DNA of 62,082 nucleotides, filler included. It is 7 parts of 7 records of this genome, joined end to end, with 100 filler letters (N's around TTAATTAATTAA, not from the genome) between each part and the next. Parts side by side here need not be neighbours in the genome. Positions count along the whole stretch, not along the records: positions 9,950 to 26,367 come from SRR31147125_1897; 6 more parts are not named here. One strand, written 5' to 3'. Below are positions 10,699 through 21,516 of the stretch, piece after piece. The first letter of the stretch is position 1. The number at the start of each line of letters is the position of its first letter. A program made the translations under genes and the position numbers. The notes beneath the pieces are model-generated. The model saw nothing but the letters and a program-made list of their open reading frames with translations. It made no database searches and had not been told where the DNA came from.

Positions 10699-11460
10699 AT
10701 GAAAAAACAGGTACGAAGTAAATTTATTCTTCAACATATAGAAAAAGAAAGTGTGATAGATGTTGATGATATCGTGAAGCAGTGCCATGTTTCACCGATA
10801 ACTGCCCGGCGTGACCTGGAAGAGCTGGCTCAAAAAGGATTAATTGTCAGGACGCACGGAGGGGCCATGAAGGCTGAGTCAATGTCCAATTTGTTCAGTT
10901 TTGTGCGCCGTATGGATAGCAGGCTGGAGAAAAAAATAGATATCAGCCAATATGCTGCGCAGTATATAAACGATAATGATACCATTTTTCTGGATTGCGG
11001 TACAACCATTTTTAATATGTGTCAATTTATCAATGGGAAAAAGAATCTCAAAGTCATTACGAATTCCTTGTCCATTTCTTCGGAATTATCAAATTATCCT
11101 GATATCAAGGTTGTCATGATCGGGGGAGATATTCTGCCGGAACGCCGGGCTGCATATGGTCCGACCGCCTGCAACCAAATACAAAAGTATCATGCTGATA
11201 TAGCCTTTATTGGTACGAATGGTTTGTCAATAAAGGACGGACTCTCTTCTTACGACGACTATGAAGCCCAGATCGTCATTGCCATGGCAGAAGCAGCTGA
11301 CATTGTCTATTTGTTATGCGATTCTTCGAAAATTGAGAAAAATTCGGTTTTTAAATTTGCTCCATCGACACTACCGGATTTTATAATAACAGACAACGAA
11401 GTAAGCCAGGAAATAGTTGATTTATATAAAGAAAACGACATTAATCTCATCGTCGCTTGA
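10699..11460 (+). CDS. DeoR/GlpR family transcriptional regulator
   Basis: VSPITARRDL..L, RTHGGA, IFLDCGTT, VITNSL, DSSK motifs; ATG 10699 preferred because 10666 lies inside the operator. Confidence 0.95.
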   Translation: MKKQVRSKFILQHIEKESVIDVDDIVKQCHVSPITARRDLEELAQKGLIVRTHGGAMKAESMSNLFSFVRRMDSRLEKKIDISQYAAQYINDNDTIFLDCGTTIFNMCQFINGKKNLKVITNSLSISSELSNYPDIKVVMIGGDILPERRAAYGPTACNQIQKYHADIAFIGTNGLSIKDGLSSYDDYEAQIVIAMAEAADIVYLLCDSSKIEKNSVFKFAPSTLPDFIITDNEVSQEIVDLYKENDINLIVA

Positions 11461-11511
11461 GTTTAATGTTGAATTTAAAATCGAAATCAATAGAATTTAC
11501 AGGAGTTTGGT

Positions 11512-12882
11512 ATGAATGAATTATGGTGGAAGGAATCAGCGCAGAACATTCCGAATATTGTAACAGAACTACCCGGACCCAAATCAATAGCGCTATCAGA
11601 AAGGGGTTCCAAATATATCAAAGGACTCAGCTCACAAGTAAAGCTTTTTCCGGTCAGTTTTGAAAAAGGCTATGGTGTCACACTGACAGATATCGATGGA
11701 AATACATATCTTGATTTTTCGTCCGGGATCTATGTGACTTCATTGGGGCATTGTCATCCGAAAATATCTGAAGCTGTGGCACATTGGGCTAAAAAATTGA
11801 TGAATTGTCATGATTTTATGACACCGGTTAAAGTACAACTTTTGGAAAAAATGGCAGGCATTTTGCCAGGAAACCTTAATGCCATTCAATTGTATAGTGA
11901 TGGTACCACGGCTGTCGAAGCAGGATTACGGGCAGCAAGAGCCATTTCCGGAAAACATGAGTTTATTTCCTGTTACCGGGATTTCCATGGTAAAACAATG
12001 GGAGCAGTCAGTTGTGCGCGAATGGCCCGGGCAGATATTCTTTCCTATGGACCAAGTCGAAATGCGGGATTTTACATGGTACCTCGTCCTGATCCGTATC
12101 GCCCATTATTCACGACTGCTGACGGTACAATTGATACGGATGCTTATATCGATTTCTATGAAGAGTTTATTCTCGAAGGTACGGTGAATAACGTTGCCGC
12201 ATTTGTACTGGAACCTGCTCAGGGTTGGGCCGGATCGATCTTTCCACCCGATGATTTTTTCCCGAAATTAAAAACATTGTGTGAAAAACATAAAATATTG
12301 CTCTTTGCAGATGAGGTTTTAACTGGAATGGGACGAACGGGTGAAATATTATGCCTGAACCACTGGGATACTCAGCCAGATATAGTTACCTTTGGCAAGT
12401 CGTTTGGTAATGGATTCCCTGTCACAGCCATGGTTGTCAAAGAAGAGCATGCTGACATTCTTGAAAACATCTCTGTTTCATCCAGTTATGGGGGCAATCC
12501 TATGGCATGTGCCGCTGCTCTGGCGTCACTGGAGGTGATAGAAGAAGAACATATACTGGAAAATGTTCGAAATGTTGGCGGCCTCATTATGAATCGAATG
12601 AAGAAAATGCAGCAGGAACATCCGATTGTCGGCGATGTGAAAGGTAAAGGTATGTTATTGGGCCTTGAACTGGTGAAAGACAAAAAGACCAAAGAGCCCT
12701 TTACAAAAGCTGGTGAACTGGTGTATCAAAAGGCCTTTTCAAAAGGTCTGGCATGGATACCAGCCGGTCATATTCTGAGAATGTCACCGCCACTCATAAT
12801 TGATGAAGAGTATGCTATGATGGGAATGGATATGATTGAAGAGTCCATTGCCGAAGTTGAAAAAGAATATGGTTATGTTTAA
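11512..12882 (+). CDS. Class III PLP aminotransferase (GabT-like)
   Basis: DIDGNTYLDF, FHGKT, LEPAQGWAG, FADEVLTGMGRTG, TFGKSFGNG (PLP Lys), SYGGNP. Confidence 0.93.
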   Translation: MNELWWKESAQNIPNIVTELPGPKSIALSERGSKYIKGLSSQVKLFPVSFEKGYGVTLTDIDGNTYLDFSSGIYVTSLGHCHPKISEAVAHWAKKLMNCHDFMTPVKVQLLEKMAGILPGNLNAIQLYSDGTTAVEAGLRAARAISGKHEFISCYRDFHGKTMGAVSCARMARADILSYGPSRNAGFYMVPRPDPYRPLFTTADGTIDTDAYIDFYEEFILEGTVNNVAAFVLEPAQGWAGSIFPPDDFFPKLKTLCEKHKILLFADEVLTGMGRTGEILCLNHWDTQPDIVTFGKSFGNGFPVTAMVVKEEHADILENISVSSSYGGNPMACAAALASLEVIEEEHILENVRNVGGLIMNRMKKMQQEHPIVGDVKGKGMLLGLELVKDKKTKEPFTKAGELVYQKAFSKGLAWIPAGHILRMSPPLIIDEEYAMMGMDMIEESIAEVEKEYGYV

Positions 12883-12927
12883 TATCGCACAAATGTTGAT
12901 GCGCACAAAATAAAAAGGGTAATGTAA

Positions 12928-13758
12928 ATGAAACTATATCGTATGAACCGGTTGTTTAACTCCAAATCAAATTATTGTTTAAATGTAGCAATCGATCATG
13001 GATTTTTTAATGAATATGGCTTTTTGAACAGTATTGAAAATATGCAGAGTGCAGTAGAGACCGTTGCTGAGGCGGCTCCGGATGCCATTCAACTGACTGT
13101 GGGGCAAGCCCATTATCTGCAATCTATTCCCGGAAAAGCAAAACCGACACTAGTGCTTCGTACGGATGTAGCAAATGTGTATGGGAAGAAATTGCCGGAT
13201 TTTTTGTTCAGTCGCATGATTGAAAATGCTGTTGAGCAGGCGTTGAATCTGGATGCTGCCTGTGTCGTTGTAAATCTGTTTCGAATGCCAAATCAGCCTG
13301 TCGTGTATGATCACTGCGTTCAGAATATTCTTAAAATTAAACCGCTTTGCGACCAATTTTCTATGCCGTTGATGGTAGAGCCTCTGGTTTTTCAACCTAA
13401 TGAAAAAGCAGGTGGTTATATGGTCGATGGGGATCTCACCAAAATTCTACCACTTGTGCGCCAGGCATGTGAGCTGGGTGCGGATATCATCAAAGCCGAT
13501 CCAACTGATGACGCGAATGATTATCACAAAGTGATTGAAATTGCCGGTCGAATTCCTGTGCTTGTACGCGGGGGTGGTAAAGTTGGTGATGAAGAAATTC
13601 TCAAGAGAACCAAAGCGGTTATGGATCAGGGAGCGGCTGGTATCGTGTATGGCAGGAATATCATACAACATAGCAATCCCAAAGCCATTACGAAAGCATT
13701 AATGAGTATTGTTCATGACAGTCTATCTGTTGAACAGGCACTCACATATCTGAAATAA
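12928..13758 (+). CDS. Class I aldolase (DhnA/LsrF family)
   Basis: VAIDHG, ELGADIIKAD (Schiff-base Lys), VRGGGK, GIVYGRNIIQ. Confidence 0.9.
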   Translation: MKLYRMNRLFNSKSNYCLNVAIDHGFFNEYGFLNSIENMQSAVETVAEAAPDAIQLTVGQAHYLQSIPGKAKPTLVLRTDVANVYGKKLPDFLFSRMIENAVEQALNLDAACVVVNLFRMPNQPVVYDHCVQNILKIKPLCDQFSMPLMVEPLVFQPNEKAGGYMVDGDLTKILPLVRQACELGADIIKADPTDDANDYHKVIEIAGRIPVLVRGGGKVGDEEILKRTKAVMDQGAAGIVYGRNIIQHSNPKAITKALMSIVHDSLSVEQALTYLK

Positions 13759-13865
13759 AAAATAGTATTTCATCATAATCGGGACGCAGAGTGAAACGGA
13801 ACTGTTTTCCTGTGTAGAGCGCAAGTGTTAGCCAGGAAAATACCTAACCAAAACCAGAGTAAAAT

Positions 13866-15032
13866 ATGTATTCCATTAAAGGCCACATAGTTACTCCGAC
13901 TGAAATAGTTGATGGTCATATAGTTATAGAAAACGGACGAATAGTCGACATTACCCAAAATCAACCGACTACATCTGAAATTTTTGATTTTGGCAAAGCG
14001 CTAGTCGTGCCGGGATTTATTGATATTCATTTACATGGTCTGGGCAAGTATGAACCTCTGGATTCAAAAAGTATTGCCGGAATGGCGCGATTGGAACCGC
14101 AATACGGCACAACCGCGTTTATGCCAACAGGTGCTGCCATGAGCATCGAACAATATGTTGCTCTTGGCAAAAACGCGCGCCAGGCAATCGATAAAGTAAA
14201 GGGACAGGGTGCCAGGATTCTGGGCGTTCACCTTGAAGGACCTTTCATCAATCCAAAGAGTTCCGGAGCTATGGACGCAACAACACGGCGACCGATTTCT
14301 TTGGATGAAGCCCGTATTTATGTCGAGCAGATAGGTGAGATGCTCAAAATTTTCACATTTTCACCGGAACTGGATGGCGGAATTGAGCTCATCAACTACC
14401 TGCGATCCAATGGTATTGTTGCGGCACTTGGACATTCCATTGCCAGCGGAGAGCAACTATCCGCCTTTGTAGATGCCGGCTTGAGTCACGTGGTGCACAT
14501 GCTTAACACCTTTGTACCTTCCGGTGAAAAAGAAGCAGGTGTGCTAAAAGCCGGATTAATCGAGAAAATCCTGACCAATGACGCGCTTACGTGCGAGTTC
14601 ATTTGTGATATGCAGCATGTGGCACCTGAGCTTATTAAAATCGCTTCAGGAATTCTTGGGGAATCACGATTCATTGCGATAACAGACAGTTTATATGGTG
14701 CCGGTCTTGAAGATGGCATTTACTCGTTTCCAGACGGGGCGCACTATCGTATCTCCGATGGTGTGGCACGGCTGCATGGTGGCAAACAAGCCGGATGTCT
14801 GGCTGGGAGTGTATTGACCATGAATAAGGCATTTGCCAATTTAATTGAAATATGCGGAATCGATCCGGTTCTGGCAGCGAAATACACAGCCATAAATGCT
14901 GCGCGTGTTCTTGGTATGGATCAAAAGACCGGAAGCCTTGAACCGGGAAAATATGCGGATATAGCCGTACTAAATCAGGATTACCAGTGTCTGGCGACGT
15001 TTATTAATGGTAATCTGGTGTATCAACGATAA
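13866..15032 (+). CDS. nagA: N-acetylhexosamine-6-phosphate deacetylase (NagA family)
   Basis: PGFIDIHLHG, HLEGPF, GHS, TD, LAGSVLTM, GSLEPGKYADI. Confidence 0.88.
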   Translation: MYSIKGHIVTPTEIVDGHIVIENGRIVDITQNQPTTSEIFDFGKALVVPGFIDIHLHGLGKYEPLDSKSIAGMARLEPQYGTTAFMPTGAAMSIEQYVALGKNARQAIDKVKGQGARILGVHLEGPFINPKSSGAMDATTRRPISLDEARIYVEQIGEMLKIFTFSPELDGGIELINYLRSNGIVAALGHSIASGEQLSAFVDAGLSHVVHMLNTFVPSGEKEAGVLKAGLIEKILTNDALTCEFICDMQHVAPELIKIASGILGESRFIAITDSLYGAGLEDGIYSFPDGAHYRISDGVARLHGGKQAGCLAGSVLTMNKAFANLIEICGIDPVLAAKYTAINAARVLGMDQKTGSLEPGKYADIAVLNQDYQCLATFINGNLVYQR

Positions 15033-15049
15033 TGAAATGGAGAAGTGGC

Positions 15050-15985
15050 ATGGATACAACATTCACGTATAGCCCGTCAAAATGGGTGCCGTTCAGAGAT
15101 AAAGCTGTTTTGGAAAGGGTCAGAAATATAAAACGCGAAGATATTACCAAACATGCGAATCCGAAACTGAGCATCCGAATTGTTAAAGATGATGAAGCGG
15201 AATTCATATTTGTTACGGATATGTTTTATCGGATTAAAGAAGCTGCCGAAAATAATAAAAATTTGGTGCTGATTCTGCCGAATCCTGTACCGTCTTATCG
15301 TAAAGTGGCTTATTTGATTAATAAATTCAGGATTAATTGTAAGAATTTATATACATTTGCAATGGATGAATATGCGAACGAAGATGGTGTTATCGCACCG
15401 GAATCATGGCGTTTGGGATTCACCTATGCAATGATGCACAATTTTTATTATCAGATTGATGAAGATTTACGGCCGCCCAAAAGCCAATTTCAGGGGATGA
15501 GCAATAAAAATATCAATGATTATGGAAAAATGATTGCCGATAAGGGTGGTGCTGATATGTGCTACAGTGGACCTGGCTGGACCGGGCATCTGGCGTTTAT
15601 TGAACCGGATGCACCGGAATTTGATGCCCCATTAGAGGAATGGAAACAAATGGGAACACGGATTGTGACCCTGAGTCCATTCACTTTGGCGCAAAATTCT
15701 TTGCATGGCAGTTTTGGCATGAGTGGTGATATGGCATTGGTACCACCAAAAGCAGCCACCATCGGACCAGCAGATGTCATTGCTTCCAAAGCACGGATGG
15801 AAATGCATTCACTTTCAATCCATAACACAGACACCTCCTGGCAACGTTTAATATCACGCCTTGTTCTGCATGGGCCTGTCACACCATTGGTTCCTTCTTC
15901 AATCCATCAATTACTGGAAACGGACTGTATTGTTTCGGAGACCGTAGCACAGAACATCGAACCTAATTGGGATAAGGGTTATTAA
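15050..15985 (+). CDS. Divergent glucosamine-6-phosphate deaminase/isomerase-like protein (NagB superfamily)
   Basis: FAMDEY, GPGWTGHLAFIEP, VPPKAATIG, HGPVTPLVPSS; start may be 15032 or 15050. Confidence 0.75.
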   Translation: MDTTFTYSPSKWVPFRDKAVLERVRNIKREDITKHANPKLSIRIVKDDEAEFIFVTDMFYRIKEAAENNKNLVLILPNPVPSYRKVAYLINKFRINCKNLYTFAMDEYANEDGVIAPESWRLGFTYAMMHNFYYQIDEDLRPPKSQFQGMSNKNINDYGKMIADKGGADMCYSGPGWTGHLAFIEPDAPEFDAPLEEWKQMGTRIVTLSPFTLAQNSLHGSFGMSGDMALVPPKAATIGPADVIASKARMEMHSLSIHNTDTSWQRLISRLVLHGPVTPLVPSSIHQLLETDCIVSETVAQNIEPNWDKGY

Positions 15986-15986
15986 A

Positions 15987-17306
15987 ATGGCAAAAATCCT
16001 TTCTGCAGGTGCCAGTGCTGTAGATATCACTCCACAGGATTCACAATTTTTATATGGCTATCCCCATGTGAAACGATACAGCACCGGCATGCATGATCCG
16101 TTATTGAGCTCGGCACTGTATTTATCCGATGGCCAAACCCGGTTGATGTTTATAGCCAACGATATTATTTTTATCAGTAAACAATTGAGCCAACGTATTC
16201 GCCTGCGAATTCAGGACAAAACAGGAATCCCTTCTGAAAATATATTGATATCTGCCACACACACTCATTCGGGTCCGATTACTGTTGACTATATCAGTAA
16301 TGAAAGTGACGCGATCGTACCTGAAGCAGATATTACATATCTTGAATTTATGGAAAATCGTATATTCAAAGCGGCAATGCAGGCCATTGAACACGCACAA
16401 CCCGCAAAAATAGGATTAGCACTGGCAGACAGTACGGGTATAGGTACAAATCGTCATGATCCATCCGGCCCGGCAGATCATCAGGTGCCCGTGTTAATGG
16501 TGAAATCCCTGGCTGATGACACAAATATTGCGTGTATGCTGGTCTGCTCTATGCATCCGACAGTACTGCATGAAGATTCAACTCAAATCAGCAGCGATTT
16601 CCCGGGAATGTCACGGCTTTACCTGCAAAAGCACTTATTGGGTGAAAACTGTCCTGTGCTGCATCATACCGGTCCAGCTGGTAACCAGAGTCCAAGACAT
16701 GTCACCTCAGCCAATACATTTTCCGAAGCAGAACGGTTGGGGAAAATACTGGGTGAATCGGTTATTCAGGCTATTTCAAAGATTGATTATGTGTCGGATA
16801 TTTTTTTGCAAAAAGTGCAGCGTGAAATTGATTTACCACGCAAATCTTTTCCATCATTAGAAACAGCCGAACGTGAGCTTTTAAAATCAAAGAAAAAATT
16901 AGATCTTTTACGATTAAAAAAGGCAGAACGACAGGAAATTCGCACTGCCGAATGCGACTGGTTTGGCGCTGAAGAAACGGTAACGCTATCCAGGGCTGCT
17001 GCCAACGGCATTTTAGACGCAGCGTATCAGTCATGTTTACCTGCGGAAATTGCTGTTTTCAAACTGGGGCCGTGGACTTTTGTTGGATGGCCCGGTGAAT
17101 TATTTGTAGAATATGCACTGGCGATTAAAAATCAGTTTAGCGATACCTTTGTTATATCTTTAGCCAACGGAGAACTGCAGGGTTATATCGTGACACCAGA
17201 AGCAGCGGCATCAGGTGCTTATGAAGCATCCAACGCCCTGTTCAGTCCCGAGAGTGGTCAGATTTTGATTGATGAAACAGTGAACATGTTGAAAAAAATA
17301 TTTTAG
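15987..17306 (+). CDS. Neutral/alkaline ceramidase-like amidohydrolase
   Basis: VDITP, GMHDPL, SATHTHSGP, HPTVL, SSDFPG, GPAGNQSP, PGELFVEY, GYIVT...GAYE. Confidence 0.85.
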   Translation: MAKILSAGASAVDITPQDSQFLYGYPHVKRYSTGMHDPLLSSALYLSDGQTRLMFIANDIIFISKQLSQRIRLRIQDKTGIPSENILISATHTHSGPITVDYISNESDAIVPEADITYLEFMENRIFKAAMQAIEHAQPAKIGLALADSTGIGTNRHDPSGPADHQVPVLMVKSLADDTNIACMLVCSMHPTVLHEDSTQISSDFPGMSRLYLQKHLLGENCPVLHHTGPAGNQSPRHVTSANTFSEAERLGKILGESVIQAISKIDYVSDIFLQKVQREIDLPRKSFPSLETAERELLKSKKKLDLLRLKKAERQEIRTAECDWFGAEETVTLSRAAANGILDAAYQSCLPAEIAVFKLGPWTFVGWPGELFVEYALAIKNQFSDTFVISLANGELQGYIVTPEAAASGAYEASNALFSPESGQILIDETVNMLKKIF

Positions 17307-17356
17307 CGACGACTCATTTTATCTCCAGTTATCAATTCTACTTCCGGACGGGTAAT

Positions 17357-18772
17357 ATGGATTATGTTTTAGGCATTGATCTTGGCACCAGTTATTTTAA
17401 ACTGGGTTTGTTTAATAAAAAAGGTGAACTCTGCGGACTGGGCAGAATTCATGTCCCCAAAGATAAAGGTGACGGTTCTCTTTGTGAGGTTCCTGTCAAT
17501 CGATTTTGGAAGCTCCTAAAGCATGGTTTAAACGAAGCATGTCTTCAGGCACAAATAAATTCTGATCAAATCAAAGCTGTCTCCTATTCTTCGCAAGCCA
17601 ATAGTTTTTTACTGCTCGACAAGAAAAACCTGCCTTTAACTCCGCTCATTCTCTGGAGTGATAATCGGGCAAAATATATGCAGAATATTCAGGACCTGTT
17701 TCATAAAAAGGATTTTAAGGAAAAAACCGGTCTGGGTATTGACTGTTCTCACCAGTTTTGTGTGTCAAAATTGTTATGGTTGCAGAAATATCGACCCGAT
17801 TTGTGGGATAAAACTTCCTACTGCATGACCATATCCGACTATTTTACCTATTCCCTGACCAATCAACTTGTTGGCGATGCCGGCACAGCATCGCTGCTTG
17901 GCCTGCTAAATATTCATACCAGAAAATGGCTGCCTGATATAATTGATCTTTCAACTCTTCACTTATCTACACCATTGTTACCCGGAACATTAGTCGGGGG
18001 ACTCTGTGAACAGGGTGCTGAATTATTGGGATTAACAGCACACATTCCATTTGTAGTGGGAAGCCTTGATCATCACATCGCCGGAATTGGAGCCGGATTG
18101 GGATACATTGCTGAAATGAGCGAATCTACCGGGACTGTTTTGGCCTGTCTGAAATTTAATTCCGAATTTGCTCCGGGGGAAAATGTCTGCACAGGAGCCG
18201 GGTTAAATAAAGGTTCATATTATCAGCTTGTTTTTGATGCAAATGGTGCGAGCAGTCTGGAAGGATACAGGCAAAAATATGCGCCCCAATTCAGTATTGC
18301 TGATTTGGAAAAAAAAGCTGAAAGTGTAGGAATTGGCAGTGCTGGCTTGATTGCCAAACCAGGCGCTTATACATATAAGGAACGTGACGGATTTGTCAAT
18401 ATATCCTCAGAACATCACCATGGCCATTTTACACGTGCAATTTTGGAATCCACTGCTGCAAGCCTGAAAAAACTGGTGGATCAACTTGCCGGTAAAGATC
18501 GTCCCAAACGGATCGTCGCTACTGGTGGAGGAGCGAAAAGTGACCTGTGGCTACAAATAAAAGCAGACATGTTGGGAATTGAATTTTTAACGACTCAGAC
18601 ACAGGTACCTGCCTGCCGTGGAGCTGCGATGCTGGCATCCATTGCCGCAGGATGGTATCCCGATCTTTTTTCAGTAACACAACAATGGGTGAAGATCAAC
18701 AAATCGTTTCAACCCATATCAGAGAATCAAGAAAAATATAGAGAGTGGTACGCAAAAATGATGGATGTTTAA
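17357..18772 (+). CDS. FGGY family carbohydrate kinase
   Basis: LGIDLGTS, ILWSDNRA, DHHIAGIGAG, RAILES, TGGGAKSDLWLQIKAD. Confidence 0.93.
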   Translation: MDYVLGIDLGTSYFKLGLFNKKGELCGLGRIHVPKDKGDGSLCEVPVNRFWKLLKHGLNEACLQAQINSDQIKAVSYSSQANSFLLLDKKNLPLTPLILWSDNRAKYMQNIQDLFHKKDFKEKTGLGIDCSHQFCVSKLLWLQKYRPDLWDKTSYCMTISDYFTYSLTNQLVGDAGTASLLGLLNIHTRKWLPDIIDLSTLHLSTPLLPGTLVGGLCEQGAELLGLTAHIPFVVGSLDHHIAGIGAGLGYIAEMSESTGTVLACLKFNSEFAPGENVCTGAGLNKGSYYQLVFDANGASSLEGYRQKYAPQFSIADLEKKAESVGIGSAGLIAKPGAYTYKERDGFVNISSEHHHGHFTRAILESTAASLKKLVDQLAGKDRPKRIVATGGGAKSDLWLQIKADMLGIEFLTTQTQVPACRGAAMLASIAAGWYPDLFSVTQQWVKINKSFQPISENQEKYREWYAKMMDV

Positions 18773-18821
18773 AATAATCACCTGTAAATAAACGACCTGC
18801 TATTCATATAAACTCCGGATA

Positions 18822-20332
18822 ATGAAAATGAATATTGAAAACATCACCCTGAGTAGTTTAGATTGGATCATTATTATAATTTATGGTATCGGCATGTTGC
18901 TGGTTGGCTTTTATTTCTCCCGCACAAACAAAAGTTCTGATGATTATATGTTGGGCGGACGGAAGATGACCTCATGGCGCGTTGGACTTTCCCTGTTTGC
19001 CACGTTATTCAGTGCTGTTTCTTACCTGTCCATGCCGGGCGAAATGATTAAACATGGCCCTATGATCTGGTGTTTGTTAGCAGCAATGCCGTTTATCTAC
19101 ATTATCGTGAGCGGGTTCTTTATCCCGTTTATTATGAAGCTCAAAATTTCCAGTGCATATGAACTACTTGAAGCCCGGTTTGGCAAAAAGACGCGGATTC
19201 TTGCTTCCATTTATTTTTTGATTATGCGTTTCGTGTGGATGTCTGTAATAATTTACATGTGTGCCGATAAAGTAATCGTACCAATTATGGGATGGTCAGA
19301 GAGTACAGCTTTGTGGGTGAGTATTGTAATGGGAATCATTACAGTGATATATACATCAGCCGGTGGATTGCGGGGTGTTGTGCTGACCGATGTGGTACAA
19401 ACCTTTATATTGTTTGGCGGATCGTTGCTGGCAATTATTCTGATTATAAAACAACTGGGCAGTGTTTCTGCGATAATTCCTTCAGAGTGGCCGCAACATT
19501 GGGACGGATGGGTGTTTTTTGATACCAAATCGCGAGTGAACTTTGTAACAGCAACCTTGTCCGTCTTTGGCTGGTATATCTGTACTGCTGGATCTGACCA
19601 AATGGCCATTCAGCGCTATCTCGCCACCAGGGATGTAAAGGCAGCCCGCAAGATGTACCTTAGTTCGCTCATCTCAAACATTTTTGTCTATTTTATTTTG
19701 GCTATTCTGGGGTTGGCAATTATGGCCTTTTTCAAAATAACCATGCTTTCATTCCCAATAACTCCACGTTAATGGAAAGCGCTGACTTGCTATTTCCACG
19801 ATTTATTGTCATTGGTTTGCCGGTTGGATTTTCCGGTTTGGTTCTGGCGGGATTATTAGCGGCTGCCATGTCCAGTCTTTCATCTGGCATCAATTCCTCC
19901 TGTCTGGTCATCATTAAAGATTTTATACTTCCGTTTCATAAAAAGACGATTGATGAAAAAACTCAGGTTCAATTAGCAAAAATTATTTCAGTTGGCATTG
20001 GCGTTCTGATCGTTATTATTAGCCTTGTCATAGGCAATGTTAAAGGCAATCTCCTGGAACTGACCTATAAAACAATAAACCTGCTGGTTGGTCCCTTGTT
20101 TGTCCCGTTTTTTATGGCCATGTTTGTCCGGCAGGCCCGGTCTACAGGCACCTTTATCGGAACCCTGTTTAGCGGACTGTTGGCAATTTTTATCAGTTTT
20201 TCAAATGAACTATTTGGTGTAAATATTTCTTTTCTGTGGATTATTCCGGGCTCTTTTATCGCCGGTGCGGTAATGAGTTGGATTTTGAGTTTGGTAATTA
20301 AAAAAGAGGTCGTTCCTGAAGAGCAATCCTGA
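18822..20332 (+). CDS. Sodium:solute symporter (SSS, SiaT/NanT-like), frameshift at 19734-19737
   Basis: DYMLGGR, SLFATLFSAVSY, SAYELLEARF, GGLRGVVLTDVVQ, DQMAIQRY in the first ORF; AAAMSSLSSGINS in the second; one extra A fuses them. Confidence 0.9.
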
Positions 20333-20416
20333 TTTAACAGAATTTAATGAAATTTTATTTTATATATGTACCACTGATATGTGTTTTACGATGGGTAATC
20401 AGAAATTTATGCTAAT

Positions 20417-21427
20417 ATGAGAAAAATCGAACGCACAAAAATCGATCTGTTTATTTATGATCAGGAAATTCGTCCCTACCTGCCGGAAAAGATTTTTGAC
20501 GCGCATTGCCATTTAATGCAGACTGAATGTCACCATTATGATTCTAATCCCGAATCAGATCCGTTCTTTTACGATGTTGATATGGCGGATCTGCAATATT
20601 GCTGGAACGTCCTGTTTCCTGATTCGCAGGTGAACGGTCTGATAATGGGAATGCCCGCGTTTAATTGTGATCTGGATGCTGAAAATAAGTTTGTTGGCAA
20701 AAGCGTGATCGATCCCTTCAATCGTTTTTCTCTCATGACGCATCCCAAGATGCCCCTTAAAAGCTTGGAACAGGCTATTCACACTTTACGGCCTGCCGGC
20801 CTGAAACCCTATTTGGTATTTGCCAATGTTGAGGACAAGGAAAAAGCCGATATTACAGATTTTCTTCCTGAAGAGCACATCGAATTGGCGAATGAATTCG
20901 GACTTGCAGTTACGCTGCATGTGTCAAAGTCACGAGGCATGGCAGATCCCGAGAATTTAAACCAGATTCGTCGACTGGTGCGCCAGTATCCTGACTGTCA
21001 GTTTATTCTTGCTCATTGCGGACGCTGCTTTATCCCGCCCAACATGGACGATGCGCTAAAATCACTGCCAATCGCTGAAAATTTGTGGATCGACACGTCC
21101 GCGGTATGTGATGTTGGTGTTTTCCTCCACCTGTTTTCCAGATATGATCTGTCCCGGATTCTTTTTGGTACTGATTTGGTCACACCAGCCGCGTTCCGTG
21201 GTAGTTATGTGCGATTGGGTATGGGATGGCATATTTGTACTCATGAATTATTGTCAAAACAGGGCGCACAGGCAGACCGGTCGACTTTTGCTGTTTATGA
21301 AAACTTGGCAGCCCTTTTTCAGGCAGCCAGATTTTGCAAACTCGAAGAGGATGATCTTGAAAAGATTTTCTACGGAAATGCAGCCCGGTTATTTAATCTT
21401 TTCGGAACTGGATCAGGTACGGATTAG
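20417..21427 (+). CDS. Amidohydrolase_2 family metal-dependent hydrolase
   Basis: FDAHCH, GLKPY, LHV, LAHCGR, WIDTS, ILFGTD, IFYGNA. Confidence 0.88.
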   Translation: MRKIERTKIDLFIYDQEIRPYLPEKIFDAHCHLMQTECHHYDSNPESDPFFYDVDMADLQYCWNVLFPDSQVNGLIMGMPAFNCDLDAENKFVGKSVIDPFNRFSLMTHPKMPLKSLEQAIHTLRPAGLKPYLVFANVEDKEKADITDFLPEEHIELANEFGLAVTLHVSKSRGMADPENLNQIRRLVRQYPDCQFILAHCGRCFIPPNMDDALKSLPIAENLWIDTSAVCDVGVFLHLFSRYDLSRILFGTDLVTPAAFRGSYVRLGMGWHICTHELLSKQGAQADRSTFAVYENLAALFQAARFCKLEEDDLEKIFYGNAARLFNLFGTGSGTD

Positions 21428-21516
21428 CGCAAAACACCCATTCATCCCACTGGATTGGTCGGCAATAAATTTTTAACGGATTTGAGATTTGAAAAATATC
21501 AGGTTACATTATCAGG

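Noticed and set aside
18822-20332. Two-subunit symporter or programmed frameshift
   Set aside because: The break is at a plain A4 run with no slippery heptamer or stimulatory structure evident; same pattern as five other homopolymer breaks.
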